In this document: piece by piece, positions 1 through 10,104 of the stretch
Layout of the letters: each line of letters begins with the position of its first letter
Numbering within the stretch: position 1 is the first letter of the stretch
Assembly (NCBI GenBank): GCA_038276285.1
Contig: JBBPZR010000119.1
Span: 6,943 to 70,942 of the forward strand
Reading direction: 5' to 3'
From: Mycobacteriales bacterium
GTDB lineage: Bacteria; Actinomycetota; Actinomycetes; Mycobacteriales; QHCA01
Length of the DNA stretch: 64,000 nt
Program-made: the position numbers and the translations under genes
The notes under the pieces: generated by a model
Database searches by the model: none
What the model was told of the DNA's origin: nothing
What the model saw: only the letters and a program-made list of their open reading frames with translations

Positions 1-1
1 T

Positions 2-130
2 TCGGTCTTCCCGTTGCTCCTGCTCGCTCTGCTCGGTGGATTTCTGATGGTCCAGCGCTGGATCGACCGAGGGGATCCGAAGCTCGCGGCCAGTGCCGTT
101 GGCGCCGAGCCGGACCTGAGTTTCGAGTAA
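2..130 (+). CDS. 3' end of an unidentified hydrophobic protein (5' part outside window)
   Basis: Frame 2 is open from the window edge to TAA at 128-130 (SVFPLLLLALLGGFLMVQRWIDRGDPKLAASAVGAEPDLSFE*). The next gene starts 5 nt later. Confidence 0.35.
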   Translation, partial: SVFPLLLLALLGGFLMVQRWIDRGDPKLAASAVGAEPDLSFE

Positions 131-134
131 GGCC

Positions 135-1739
135 GTGTCCCTCTTCCGACCGGGACCCGCAGGCGGGCGAGGCACTGAACTCTCCTTCGCCGAACGACTG
201 GTGCAACTGCAGGTGCTCCGGGTCATTCTCGCGATCACCGTCGCGCTCATCTGCCTGACCGACCTCGGGCAACGGGCCGCCACCCGGCCGCCCCTGCTGA
301 TCGCCACTGTGGTCTACCTGCTGACCGTTCTCTGCGGTGAGGGGCTCTGGGCCCGCGCCGGATCGCGGCGCCACGCCGTGCACGGGCTCCTGCTGGGCGC
401 CGACGGCCTCTACCTGTGCCTCGCGCTTGTGCTGAGCGGGGGTATGGTCAGCCCGCTGCGCTATCTGCTCATCCTCGATGTCGTGGCCACCAGCCTGCTC
501 GTGTCCTTCCGGTCGGGCATTCGACTCACCCTGTGGCACTGCCTCCTGCTGCAGGCCACTTACCAACTCGCTCGTACGAACCCGCCTCACTGGTGGCGTT
601 ATCCGACGACCCCAGCCGCGTCCCGCGAGCTCATCGAGGTCTCCCTGGCACTGGTCGCGGTGGCCCTGCTGACCGCGACCGCGGCGGCCTTCAACGAGCG
701 GTCGCTGCGGGCCAGCCGCCGCGATCTCGAGGTCCTGACCGATCTCAGTCGCGGGCTGGAGCGGGAGCGCGAGCCGCATCTGGTGGCGCAGCAACTGTGC
801 GAGGTGCTCTTCGACGGCTACGGGTACGACCGGTCCCTGGTCGCGATTGTCGACGGCGACCGGCTGCGCGTTGTCGCGGCGCGGCGGGCCCGGCTGGTCA
901 GCCATGTGGCCATCGACCCCCTGCTGCGCCGCGCGCTGGACGCCGACCGTCCGCTGCTGGTCCGGGCGCTCGACAAGGAGATCCCGGACGGGCTGGCCAG
1001 CGCGCTGCCCGATGGCCGCGACATCGTCCTCATGGCACTTCGCACCGACGACGGCGTCCTGGGCATCGTCGCCGCCGAGCGTGGAGCGTCCAAGCGCATG
1101 GGCCTCGAGCCGCGGGTGCTCGCGGCGCTCGAGCAGCTTGTCGCGCACACCGCGCTCGCCTGGCGCCGGGCGAGCCTGCTCGTCGAGCTGGGCCGGCTCG
1201 CCGACACCGACCTGCTGACCGGGCTGGCCAACCGCGGCGCGTTCGATCGCAGTCTCGCGATCGAGCTCGACCGCGGGGCGCGTCAGGGCACGCCGGTCGG
1301 GCTCTTGATCGCCGACATCGACCGGTTCAAGTCCATCAACGACCAGCAGGGTCATCCCGCGGGGGACGCCGTCCTGCGCGAGCTCGGAAAGCTCATGAAG
1401 GGCGACCTTCGTGGATTCGATCTGGCGGCTCGATACGGCGGTGAGGAATTCGCCGTACTGCTGCCCGGCTGCGCCCACGAAGAGCTGCGTGCCCGCGCCG
1501 AGCGGCTCCGGCTGCTGGTCAAGGGCGCCGCCTTCGCCGGCCCCCCGATCACGCTGAGCGTCGGTGCGGCCAGCTCACCACCGACCATCCTCGATGCCCG
1601 TGCGCTGGTCGCGGCCGCCGACGCCGCGTTGTACGAGGCGAAGCGCACCGGCCGGGACCGCACCGTCGTCGACCGCTCCCATGGCGACCCCCCGAGGCTG
1701 GTGACCGCCCCGCGCCGTAGGTCCGGCGACCACGATTGA
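135..1739 (+). CDS. Membrane-anchored GAF-GGDEF diguanylate cyclase
   Basis: 534-aa ORF with GTG start. The N-terminal ~190 aa have multiple hydrophobic helices, followed by a central GAF-like region. The C-terminal GGDEF domain has active-site GGEEF (ARYGGEEFAVLLPG) and an RxxD I-site (RGFD) five residues upstream. Confidence 0.9.
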   Translation: MSLFRPGPAGGRGTELSFAERLVQLQVLRVILAITVALICLTDLGQRAATRPPLLIATVVYLLTVLCGEGLWARAGSRRHAVHGLLLGADGLYLCLALVLSGGMVSPLRYLLILDVVATSLLVSFRSGIRLTLWHCLLLQATYQLARTNPPHWWRYPTTPAASRELIEVSLALVAVALLTATAAAFNERSLRASRRDLEVLTDLSRGLEREREPHLVAQQLCEVLFDGYGYDRSLVAIVDGDRLRVVAARRARLVSHVAIDPLLRRALDADRPLLVRALDKEIPDGLASALPDGRDIVLMALRTDDGVLGIVAAERGASKRMGLEPRVLAALEQLVAHTALAWRRASLLVELGRLADTDLLTGLANRGAFDRSLAIELDRGARQGTPVGLLIADIDRFKSINDQQGHPAGDAVLRELGKLMKGDLRGFDLAARYGGEEFAVLLPGCAHEELRARAERLRLLVKGAAFAGPPITLSVGAASSPPTILDARALVAAADAALYEAKRTGRDRTVVDRSHGDPPRLVTAPRRRSGDHD

Positions 1740-1763
1740 GTCCGACCCGCAGGTTGGGCGCCG

Positions 1764-2576
1764 TCAGAGCTTGACCAGCACAATCACCGAGAGGATCAGC
1801 ACGACGGGTAGCGCCGCCGTGCGAAGCACCCGGCGCGAGCGCGTCCGCTCGTACCAGGCCGGCGGGCTGGGTGTCCCGTCCAGAGCCAGACCCTGATGCC
1901 GCAGCGCGCGGTCGCGCGTCCAGTCGGGGATGAGTCGGCGCACGAGCACGACAACTCCAATGGCGCCGATCGGTAGGAAGCCGATGAGGTTCAGCCGACC
2001 GATGAGGGCCACCTGCAAGATGACCGCAAGCACGACCGCTGCCGCGAACCCCACGAGGCCGTCCTTGAGGCGTTGCCGCGGGTAACCCGCGCTGCGCACG
2101 TCTCGCAGGACCCAGGAGTGGTGCTCTGGTTCCAGCCGCCACCCCGTCGTGCGGTACAGCATAATCAGGCCAGGACTCGGTGGGACGACCAGCGGCCCCT
2201 TGACGTCTTCCGCGGCTGGGTCACCCGCGACAGCCAACCCGGCCGCGGGAGCATCGTCGGCGACCCGCCTAGGTGGCGGCGCCTGGCCCGTGACCTGGCG
2301 CATGATCGAATCGATCTGCGAGGCAAGGACGATATCGAGGTTCGTCACACCGCCCTCAGAGTGCGTCGACACGGTGAATCGGTTCTGCTGCCCTGACCGC
2401 TCGATGTCGGCGTGATGGTTCAGGGCGTCGGTGATCACCGTGAGCCTCCGGCGCACCTCGCCGTCCTGCTCCTCGCTGAGTTCGGCCGTACGGCTGAGCC
2501 TTTCCCGCCCACCCGACCAGTCCGGCAGGTTGGCGAGCGCGTCTTGGATGATCTCGTCAGCTAGCAGGGTCGCCAT
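1764..2576 (-). CDS. PCD/DCoH-like (pterin-4a-carbinolamine dehydratase) domain fused to a C-terminal ~3-TM region
   Basis: ATG at 2576 is preceded by AGGAGG. The N-terminal ~100 aa show the PCD pattern (NHHADI...STHSEGGVTNLDIVLASQIDS). A Pro/Ala linker and hydrophobic helices follow in the same frame with no stop. The upstream 105 codons of the 375-aa ORF are low-complexity and overlap the NUDIX gene on the other strand. Confidence 0.7.
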   Translation of the reverse strand: MATLLADEIIQDALANLPDWSGGRERLSRTAELSEEQDGEVRRRLTVITDALNHHADIERSGQQNRFTVSTHSEGGVTNLDIVLASQIDSIMRQVTGQAPPPRRVADDAPAAGLAVAGDPAAEDVKGPLVVPPSPGLIMLYRTTGWRLEPEHHSWVLRDVRSAGYPRQRLKDGLVGFAAAVVLAVILQVALIGRLNLIGFLPIGAIGVVVLVRRLIPDWTRDRALRHQGLALDGTPSPPAWYERTRSRRVLRTAALPVVLILSVIVLVKL

Positions 2577-2610
2577 CAGTCCTCCTGGTGGGAGTGCCCT
2601 CCCCAGCCGG

Positions 2611-3036
2611 TTGACGCCTCTGGCAGAGTGCCCGGTCGTGTTGGTCATCGTAGGTGCTGCCATCCTCGACGGTGGTCGCGTACTGGCGGCACAGCGGGCC
2701 GAGCCACCGGAGTTGGCCGGTGGCTGGGAGTTTCCCGGTGGCAAGGTCGATCTCGGGGAGTCCGATGAGGCTGCGCTCGTGCGAGAGTGCCGCGAGGAAT
2801 TGGCGGTCGACGTGGGGCTCGGCGAGCGGCTGGGTCCCGATATCGAACTCAACTCCGGTACGGCGATCCTGCGCGTCTGGATCGCCCGCATCCTGACCGG
2901 CGTGCCGGTCGCCGTCGAGCACGCCGCGCTGCGCTGGCTGTCGGCGGATGAGCTCTTCGACGTCGCCTGGCTACCCGCCGACCTGCCGCTGGTGCGAGTT
3001 CTTCGCGAACGGCTGCAACCGTCCGTCGAATCGTGA
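2611..3036 (+). CDS. NUDIX hydrolase (MutT-like)
   Basis: Nudix box GGKVDLGESDEAALVRECREELAV. Start is ambiguous (in-frame TTG 2611 or GTG 2638). Confidence 0.8.
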   Translation: MTPLAECPVVLVIVGAAILDGGRVLAAQRAEPPELAGGWEFPGGKVDLGESDEAALVRECREELAVDVGLGERLGPDIELNSGTAILRVWIARILTGVPVAVEHAALRWLSADELFDVAWLPADLPLVRVLRERLQPSVES

Positions 3037-3044
3037 GTGCTCGC

Positions 3045-3821
3045 TCACCCTTCAGCAGACGGTCGCTCGATGCCGTTGCGGCGGAAGATCTTGTTGCCCA
3101 GCCAGACCAGTGGGTCGTACTTGGTGTCCACGACGCGCTCCTTCATCGGAATGATCGCGTTGTCGGTGATGTGGATTCCCTCAGGGCAGACCTCGGTGCA
3201 GCACTTGGTGATGTTGCACATGCCCAGGCCCGCCTGCTCCTGCGCCATCCGCTTGCGGTCGTTGGTGTCGAGCGGGTGCATGTCAAGTTCGGCGTACCGG
3301 ATGAAGAAGCGCGGGCCGGCGAAAACCTCCTTGTTCGCCTCATGGTCGCGGATCACGTGGCAGACGTTCTGGCAGAGGAAGCACTCGATGCACTTGCGGA
3401 ACTCCTGGCCGCGCTCGACGTCGACCTGAGCCATCCGGTAGGTGCCGTCGGCCTCGCGCGGCTTCGGTGCGAAGGCGGGGAGTTGTTTGGCCTTCTCGTA
3501 GTTGAAGGACACGTTGGTGACCAGGTCGCGGATGACGGGGAAGGCGCGCAGCGGGGTGAGGGTGACGACATCGCTTTCGGCGAAGAGATTCATCCGGGTC
3601 ATGCACAACAGGCGTGGCCGGCCGTTGATCTCGGCGCTGCAGGAGCCGCACTTGCCGGCCTTGCAGTTCCAGCGCACGGCGAGGTCGCCGGCCTGGGTCG
3701 CCTGGATGCGGTGCAGCACGTCGAGGACCACCTCGCCCTCGTTGACCGGCACGGTGAAATCGACGAGACCGCCGCCCTCGACATCGCCGCGCCAGACCCG
3801 GAAGTGCGCGTCGTAGGCCAT
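3045..3821 (-). CDS. sdhB: Succinate dehydrogenase/fumarate reductase iron-sulfur subunit
   Basis: 258 aa with three Cys clusters (CKAGKCGSCSAEING; CIECFLCQNVC; CNITKCCTEVCP). Start overlaps the sdhA stop by 1 nt. Confidence 0.93.
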   Translation of the reverse strand: MAYDAHFRVWRGDVEGGGLVDFTVPVNEGEVVLDVLHRIQATQAGDLAVRWNCKAGKCGSCSAEINGRPRLLCMTRMNLFAESDVVTLTPLRAFPVIRDLVTNVSFNYEKAKQLPAFAPKPREADGTYRMAQVDVERGQEFRKCIECFLCQNVCHVIRDHEANKEVFAGPRFFIRYAELDMHPLDTNDRKRMAQEQAGLGMCNITKCCTEVCPEGIHITDNAIIPMKERVVDTKYDPLVWLGNKIFRRNGIERPSAEG

Positions 3822-5635
3822 CAGCTCTTCTTCTCCTCAGGCTGCTCTGCCAACAACTCCGCCAGATCGGCCGGGATCACGAGCAGTGGTTGGCGGCTCA
3901 CCGTGATCTCGTCGTCGACCTCTCTCAAGACGACGTTGACCTTGCCCCATTCGGGCTCCGCCGTCGGGAAGTCGTCGCGGGTGTGTCCGCCGCGGCTCTC
4001 CTGGCGCTCGAGGGCGGCCCGCGCTACGCACTCGGAGACACGCAGCATGTTGGAGATGTCCAGCGCCAGGTGCCAGCCGGGGTTGTACTGGCGATGGCCC
4101 TCGACCGTCAGGTGCCGGATCCGCTCCTTGAGCTCGGTGATCTTGGCCAGCGCCTGAGTCATCTCGTCGGCGGTCCGGATGATGCCGACCAGCGAGTTCA
4201 TCGTCTCCTGCAGTTCCATCTGGACGGTGTACGGATTCTCGCCGCCCTCCTCCTCGAAGGGCGCGAGGGCGGCCCGCGACGCGGTGACCACGTCGTGGTC
4301 GGCCACCGACGGGCGATCGGTGCCGAGCTTGGTGGCGTACTGCGCGGCAGCCAGGCCGGCCCGCCGGCCGAACACCAGCAGGTCCGACAACGAGTTGCCG
4401 CCGAGGCGGTTGGCGCCGTGCATCCCGCCGGCGACCTCACCGGCGGCGTACAGACCCTGCACACCGGACATCTCGGTGTCGGGGTCGACCTCGACACCGC
4501 CCATCACGTAGTGGCAGGTCGGGCCGATCTCCATCGGCTCCGCGGTGATGTCGACGTCGGCGAGCTCCTTGAACTGGTGGTACATCGACGGCAGGCGCTT
4601 GCGGATGTACTCCGCTGAGCGGCGCGAGGCGATGTCGAGGAACACCCCGCCGTGCGGCGAGCCGCGGCCGGCCTTGACCTCGGAGTTGATCGCACGGGCC
4701 ACCTCGTCGCGCGGCAGCAACTCCGGCGGGCGGCGGTTGCCGGCCTTGTCGTCGTACCACCGGTCAGCTTCGGCCTCGTTGTCGGCCGTCTCCTTGGCAA
4801 AGAAGGCCGGGATGTAGTCGAACATGAACCGCTTGCCCTCGGAGTTGCGCAGCACGCCGCCGTCGCCGCGCACCGACTCGGTCACCAGCAGGCCCTTGAC
4901 CGACAGCGGCCACACCATGCCGGTGGGGTGGAACTGCACGAACTCCATGTTCAGCAGGGCGGCACCGGCATGCAGGGCGAGGGCGTGCCCGTCGCCGGTG
5001 TACTCCCAGGAGTTCGACGTCACCTTGTAGGACTTGCCGATGCCGCCCGTCGCCAGGATCACCGCGGGTGCGGTGAAGCAGATGAAGCGGCCGCTCTCCC
5101 GCCAGTAGCCGAAGGCGCCGGAGATCTGGTTGCCGCCCTTGAGCAGCCGGGTGATCGTGCACTCCATGAATACGTCGATGCCCAGTGAGACGGCGTGCTG
5201 CTGCAGCGTTCGGATCATCTCCAGGCCGGTCCGGTCGCCGACGTGGGCCAACCGTGCGTAGCGGTGGCCACCGAAGTCGCGCTGGGAGATCAGCCCGTCC
5301 TTCGTACGGTCGAAGAGGGCGCCCCACTCCTCGAGTTCCCAGACCCGGTCGGGAGCCTCCTGCGCGTGCAACTGCGCCATCCGCCAGTTGTTGAGCATCT
5401 TGCCGCCGCGCATCGTGTCGCGGAAATGCACCCGCCAGTTGTCCTCGCTCCAGACGTTGCCCATGGCCGCGGCGATGCCGCCCTCGGCCATGACCGTGTG
5501 CGCCTTGCCGAGCAGGGACTTGCACACGATCGCGGTGCGGGCACCCTGTGCGTGCGCCTCGATGGCCGCGCGCAGCCCCGCGCCGCCTGCGCCGATGACG
5601 ACTACGTCGTAGCTGTGACGCTCCATGTCCGCCAT
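3821..5635 (-). CDS. sdhA: Succinate dehydrogenase/fumarate reductase flavoprotein subunit
   Basis: 604 aa. N-terminal FAD fold (DVVVIGAGGAGLRAA) and SdhA/FrdA-type core (HPTG, HYVMGGV, ESRGGHTR). Confidence 0.95.
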   Translation of the reverse strand: MADMERHSYDVVVIGAGGAGLRAAIEAHAQGARTAIVCKSLLGKAHTVMAEGGIAAAMGNVWSEDNWRVHFRDTMRGGKMLNNWRMAQLHAQEAPDRVWELEEWGALFDRTKDGLISQRDFGGHRYARLAHVGDRTGLEMIRTLQQHAVSLGIDVFMECTITRLLKGGNQISGAFGYWRESGRFICFTAPAVILATGGIGKSYKVTSNSWEYTGDGHALALHAGAALLNMEFVQFHPTGMVWPLSVKGLLVTESVRGDGGVLRNSEGKRFMFDYIPAFFAKETADNEAEADRWYDDKAGNRRPPELLPRDEVARAINSEVKAGRGSPHGGVFLDIASRRSAEYIRKRLPSMYHQFKELADVDITAEPMEIGPTCHYVMGGVEVDPDTEMSGVQGLYAAGEVAGGMHGANRLGGNSLSDLLVFGRRAGLAAAQYATKLGTDRPSVADHDVVTASRAALAPFEEEGGENPYTVQMELQETMNSLVGIIRTADEMTQALAKITELKERIRHLTVEGHRQYNPGWHLALDISNMLRVSECVARAALERQESRGGHTRDDFPTAEPEWGKVNVVLREVDDEITVSRQPLLVIPADLAELLAEQPEEKKS

Positions 5636-5636
5636 G

Positions 5637-6443
5637 TCAGAAGAACCTCAGGTCGGTGATAGTGCCGCTCGCGACGAGGCGCACGTAGAGGTCGGCGAGG
5701 GCGACCCCGACCAGCGACACCCAGGCGATCTGCATGTGGCGGGCGTTGAGCTTGGACATCTGCGTCCAGAACCAGTAGCGCACCGGATGCTTGGAGAAGT
5801 GGTTGAGCCGGCCGCCGAAGATATGGCGGCACGAGTGGCACGACAGCGAGTAGAGCCACAGCAGCGCGGCATTGATCACCAGCACCAGCGTGCCCAGGCC
5901 CGCGTGTACCCAGTGGCCCTGGTGGTTCCTGAAGGCGATGACCGCCTCATAGGTCAGGGCCACGTTGAGCAGCAGGCCCAGATAGAAGAAGTAGCGGTGG
6001 ATGTTCTGCACCACGAGCGGGAACCGGGTCTCGCCGGTGTAGCGCTGGTGCGGCTCGGCCACCGCGCAGGCCGGCGGCGACAGCCAGAAGGCGCGGTAGT
6101 AGGCCTTGCGGTAGTAGTAGCAGGTGAGCCGGAAACCCAGCGGTATCACCAGGATGATCACGGCCGGGGACAGCCGCCACCAGTCACCGAAGATCGCGAC
6201 ATGCGGGACACCGGCCGAGCCGGGCACCGTGCCGCAGTTGGCGGCGAGGCACGGGGCGTAGAACGGCGAGAGGTAGGGCTCGGAGAAGTAGTCGCGGTTG
6301 ACGAACGCCGCCCAGGTCGCATAGATCACGAAGGCGAACAGCACGCCGAAGGTGATCAGCGGCTGGACCCACCATCGGTCGGTACGCAGCGTCCGAGCCG
6401 GGATATGTGCGCGCCCCGGTGCCGTCGTGCCGGCTGTCGTCAT
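5637..6443 (-). CDS. Succinate dehydrogenase/fumarate reductase membrane anchor (single large cytochrome b-type subunit)
   Basis: 268 aa, multi-TM, first gene of the sdhCAB-type operon with GAGGAG RBS. The size and arrangement match the three-subunit actinobacterial enzyme (Rv0249c-like, from memory). Confidence 0.7.
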   Translation of the reverse strand: MTTAGTTAPGRAHIPARTLRTDRWWVQPLITFGVLFAFVIYATWAAFVNRDYFSEPYLSPFYAPCLAANCGTVPGSAGVPHVAIFGDWWRLSPAVIILVIPLGFRLTCYYYRKAYYRAFWLSPPACAVAEPHQRYTGETRFPLVVQNIHRYFFYLGLLLNVALTYEAVIAFRNHQGHWVHAGLGTLVLVINAALLWLYSLSCHSCRHIFGGRLNHFSKHPVRYWFWTQMSKLNARHMQIAWVSLVGVALADLYVRLVASGTITDLRFF

Positions 6444-6607
6444 GCGATGCGCTCCTCGTAGGAGATTCCTGCGCCGGACCTGTGGCTTGCGTCCCCCAGG
6501 TATTCAAGCGGACCTTGCCGGGGTCTGCGCCAAGGGTGCCCCCTCGGGGACCCCTCACCCGGCCTTGGGGGCAATCTCACATTCTGGCGCTGCGGCATGC
6601 TGTCCCC

Positions 6608-7417
6608 ATGGTGGACCACCCCGAGACATACACGCACGGACATCACGAGAGCGTCCTGCGAGCCCACCGCTGGCGTACGGTCGAGAACTCCGCTGGCTAC
6701 CTGCTGCCGCACCTGCGGCGTGGCATGACGCTGCTGGACGTCGGGTGCGGCCCGGGCACCATCACGGCCGACTTCGCCGAGCGCCTCTCAGGCGGCCGGG
6801 TGGTCGGGATCGACGTCACCGAAGAACCTCTGATTGTCGCCCGGGAGGCGGAGCCCGCGGGCGGTGCGGCGGACCTCAGCTATCACCTCGGCGATGTGTA
6901 CGACCTGGACTTCCCCGACAATGCTTTCGACGTGGTGCACGCGCATCAACTGCGGCAGCACCTGAGCGATCCAGTGGCGGCGCTGGTGGAGATGCGGCGG
7001 GTGTGCAAACCCGATGGTGTCGTCGCCGCCCGCGACGCAGACTACGGCGCGATGACGTGGCACCCGGCCATGCCGGGTCTGGACCGCTGGCTGGGGCTGT
7101 ACCGCCAGGTCGCCCGCCGGGCCGGTGGCGATCCAGATGCGGGCCGGCGTCTTCTCGGCTGGGCGCAGGCCGCCGGCTTTGCCGACATCACCTCGTCGGC
7201 GTCCGCCTGGTGCTTCGCTACCGATACCGAGCGGGTCTGGTGGGGCGAGTTGTGGGCCGATCGGGTGGTCAGCTCCACGCTGGGTGACCGGCTGGTGGAG
7301 TCCGGCGTGGCCAGCCGCGCCGACCTCGACGAGCTGGCCGGAGCCTGGCGGCGCTGGAGCGGGAACGAGGACGGCTGGTTTGCCGTGCTCAACGGGGAGA
7401 TCCTCTGCCGGCCATGA
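6608..7417 (+). CDS. Class I SAM-dependent methyltransferase
   Basis: Motif I LLDVGCGPGTIT. Start moved to ATG 6608 (MVDHPETYTHGHH). The upstream part of ORF 6407 is low-complexity. Confidence 0.85.
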   Translation: MVDHPETYTHGHHESVLRAHRWRTVENSAGYLLPHLRRGMTLLDVGCGPGTITADFAERLSGGRVVGIDVTEEPLIVAREAEPAGGAADLSYHLGDVYDLDFPDNAFDVVHAHQLRQHLSDPVAALVEMRRVCKPDGVVAARDADYGAMTWHPAMPGLDRWLGLYRQVARRAGGDPDAGRRLLGWAQAAGFADITSSASAWCFATDTERVWWGELWADRVVSSTLGDRLVESGVASRADLDELAGAWRRWSGNEDGWFAVLNGEILCRP

Positions 7418-7471
7418 CATAACGGGCAGGGCGGCCCGCTGGCCGCCCTGCCCCTGCGTGCGCGGTAGGCA

Positions 7472-8094
7472 CTAGCCCAGCCACACCGGCGATTCGTACT
7501 GCAAGGCACACGGCTTGTTGGCATTGCAGTACGAAGTCCGCGGGAGTCGGCTGACCACGCCGTTCACCAAGCGGATGACCGGGCCGGTGCCGGCCCCGTC
7601 CATCAGCCTGGCGAGTACGGCGCCGCTATCGGTCACCGAGATCCCGTCGGTGTGTTTGCCGAGCTTCGCGATAGTCCTGGTCACCGTGAGGGTCTTGCCG
7701 TTGATCGAGACGAGCTGGCTACCCGTGCGGCCGGTGGTCGCGTTGCCGCACGAGGTCGCGGCAGCCGGCGCAGCGCGGCGACCAGCATCACCATGTCGGG
7801 GTGCATCTCGGGCTGGTCGGGCAGCGGCCCGTGCCGGCGCCAGGCGACCTTCGCGTTCTGTGCCTTGCGCCAACGACTGACCGCCAATCTGGTCCCGACG
7901 GTCCGGACCCAGCTCTCGGGGAACTGGTAGGTCGACACGCGCGACCAGTGCTGCCACGCCCGGGCGTACGCCTCCTGCGCGACATCCTGAGCGTCGCCCA
8001 AGTCGCCGGTCAGGGCGTAGAACTGGCGGGTCAGGCGTTGGACGGTGGCCGCGTAGAAGCCGTCGAAGTCAACCGAGCTCCTGCTGTCCGCCAT
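7472..8094 (-). pseudogene. Remnant: ECF-type (SigE-family) sigma factor region 2 joined out of frame to an orphan C-terminal protein fragment
   Basis: ATG 8094 with GAGGAG RBS. Sigma region 2 is intact (DAQDVAQEAYARAWQHWSRV...ESWVRTVGTRLAVSRWRK) up to AALRRLP near 7760. No region 4 follows in any frame. From about 7750 a different frame carries protein-like sequence (GSQLVSINGKTLTVTRTIAKLGKHTDGISV...) ending at 7472. Confidence 0.6.
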
Positions 8095-8251
8095 GGTGCT
8101 CCTCACGGTCATGGTCACACCAAGCAACACGCGCCACGGGATGGGACGGCTACAGTCGGCCGGCTGATCGCGCGTCCGGCGTATCATGAGAGCAGCCGCA
8201 GTACGACCTTCTGTGCGGCGAACCCCATTTTCGGCCTATCGGAGCCTTCGC

Positions 8252-10096
8252 TTGCCCTCCAGGAACGATCTGCGCAACGTCGCGATCATCGCTCACGTCG
8301 ACCATGGCAAGACCACGCTGGTCGACGCGATGCTGTGGCAGTCGGGTGCCTTCCGGGTCGGTGCCGACATCGACGACCGGGTCATGGACTCGATGGACCT
8401 CGAGCGCGAGAAGGGGATCACGATCCTCGCCAAGAACACCGCGGTCCGTTACGGCGACACCACGATCAACATCATCGACACGCCAGGACACGCGGACTTC
8501 GGTGGCGAGGTGGAGCGCGCGCTGTCGATGGTCGACGCGGTGCTGCTTCTCGTCGACGCCAGCGAGGGCCCGCTGCCGCAGACGAGGTTCGTGCTGCGCA
8601 AGGCGCTGGCCGAGCGGCTGCCCGTCGTACTCGTGATCAACAAGGTGGACCGGCCCGACGCCCGCATCGCCGAGGTGGTCGACGAGACCTACGAGCTGTT
8701 CCTGGATCTCGACGCCGACGAGGGTCAGATCGACTTCCCGATCGTCTACTGCCAGGCTCGGACCGGGCGGGCCTCGAGCAGGCGGCCGGCCGACGGCATG
8801 TTGCCGTACGGAGAGGATCTCAAGGAACTCTTCGAGGTCATCCTCGACACGGTGCCGGCGCCGAGTTACGACGAGGGGGCGCCGCTGCAGGCGCACGTGA
8901 CCAATCTCGACGCGTCGCCCTACCTCGGCCGGCTGGCGCTGTGCCGTTTGCGTAACGGGGTTATCCGCAAGGGGCAGCAGGCCGCGTGGTGCAAGGTGGA
9001 CGGCACGGTGGAGCGGGTCAAGATCACCGAGCTGCTGATGACCCGGGCGCTGGACCGGGCCTCGGTCGAGGAAGCCGGCCCGGGCGACATCGTGGCCATC
9101 GCCGGAATCCCCGACATCACCATCGGCGAGACCTTGGCCGATCCCGACGACCCGCGCCCCCTGCCGGTGATCCACATCGACGAGCCCAGCCTGTCGATGA
9201 CGGTCGGCATCAATACCGCGCCCGTGGCGGGCCAGAGCGGCAAGAAGCTCACCGCCCGGCTCGTCAAGAGCCGCCTCGAGGCAGAGCTCGTCGGCAATGT
9301 GTCGATCCGGGTGCTACCGACCGAGCGGCCGGACACCTGGGAGGTACAGGGTCGCGGCGAGCTGCAACTGGCCGTGCTGGTGGAGATCATGCGGCGCGAG
9401 GGATTCGAGCTCACCGTCGGCAAGCCCCAGGTCGTCACGCGCGTCATCGGTGGCCAGCTCAGCGAGCCGATGGAGCGACTGACCATCGACACACGCAGCG
9501 ACTACCAGGGCGTGCTCATCCAGCTGATGGCGCTGCGCAAGGGCCGGCTGGAGCAGATGGTCGACCACGGGACCGGCTGGGTGCGGATGGAGTACATTGT
9601 GCCGGCCCGCGGCCTGATCGGGTTCCGTACCGAGTTCCTCACCGAGACCCGGGGGACCGGCCTGCTGCACCACGTCCACGAGCGCTACGAGCCTTGGCAT
9701 GGCGAGCTGCGCACCCGCCAAACCGGCAGCCTGGTTGCCGACCGGATCGGCGTCACCACCGGGTTCGCTCTCGCCAATCTGCAGGAGCGCGGGACGATGT
9801 TCGTGCCGCCGGGGACCGAGGTCTACGAAGGGATGATCGTCGGGGAGAACTCCCGCTCCGACGACATGGACGTCAACCCCACCAAGGAGAAGAAGCTGAC
9901 CAACATGCGGCAGTCCTCCAGCGACGTGCTGGTGCCGCTCATCCCGCACCGCCAGCTGTCACTGGAGCAGGCGCTGGAGTTCTGCCGCGAGGACGAGTGT
10001 GTCGAGGTGACTCCGGCGACGGTACGGCTGCGCAAGGTCGAGCTGTCCGCACAGCTGCGCGAAAAGTCCCGCGGTCGCCGCGGCCGCCCTCAATAG
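8252..10096 (+). CDS. typA: Translational GTPase TypA/BipA
   Basis: G motifs [18 protein letters not shown], with EF-G-like domains across ~615 aa. TTG 8252 (preceded by GGAG) gives the usual N-terminus ...[19 protein letters not shown]. Confidence 0.95.
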   Translation: MPSRNDLRNVAIIAHVDHGKTTLVDAMLWQSGAFRVGADIDDRVMDSMDLEREKGITILAKNTAVRYGDTTINIIDTPGHADFGGEVERALSMVDAVLLLVDASEGPLPQTRFVLRKALAERLPVVLVINKVDRPDARIAEVVDETYELFLDLDADEGQIDFPIVYCQARTGRASSRRPADGMLPYGEDLKELFEVILDTVPAPSYDEGAPLQAHVTNLDASPYLGRLALCRLRNGVIRKGQQAAWCKVDGTVERVKITELLMTRALDRASVEEAGPGDIVAIAGIPDITIGETLADPDDPRPLPVIHIDEPSLSMTVGINTAPVAGQSGKKLTARLVKSRLEAELVGNVSIRVLPTERPDTWEVQGRGELQLAVLVEIMRREGFELTVGKPQVVTRVIGGQLSEPMERLTIDTRSDYQGVLIQLMALRKGRLEQMVDHGTGWVRMEYIVPARGLIGFRTEFLTETRGTGLLHHVHERYEPWHGELRTRQTGSLVADRIGVTTGFALANLQERGTMFVPPGTEVYEGMIVGENSRSDDMDVNPTKEKKLTNMRQSSSDVLVPLIPHRQLSLEQALEFCREDECVEVTPATVRLRKVELSAQLREKSRGRRGRPQ

Positions 10097-10104
10097 CTGC
10101 TCCA

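Noticed and set aside
1764-2891. Full 375-aa version of the PCD-membrane ORF
   Set aside because: The first 105 codons are Ser/Pro/Arg-rich and overlap the NUDIX gene on the opposite strand. ATG 2576 has a perfect AGGAGG RBS and begins the recognisable PCD domain.
6444-6607. Possible riboswitch or attenuator in the sdh-methyltransferase divergent spacer (CCAAGG...CCTTGG with internal GGGG/CCCC runs)
   Set aside because: There are only short GC-rich stems of the kind expected by chance at this GC content. I saw no resemblance to any riboswitch class I know.
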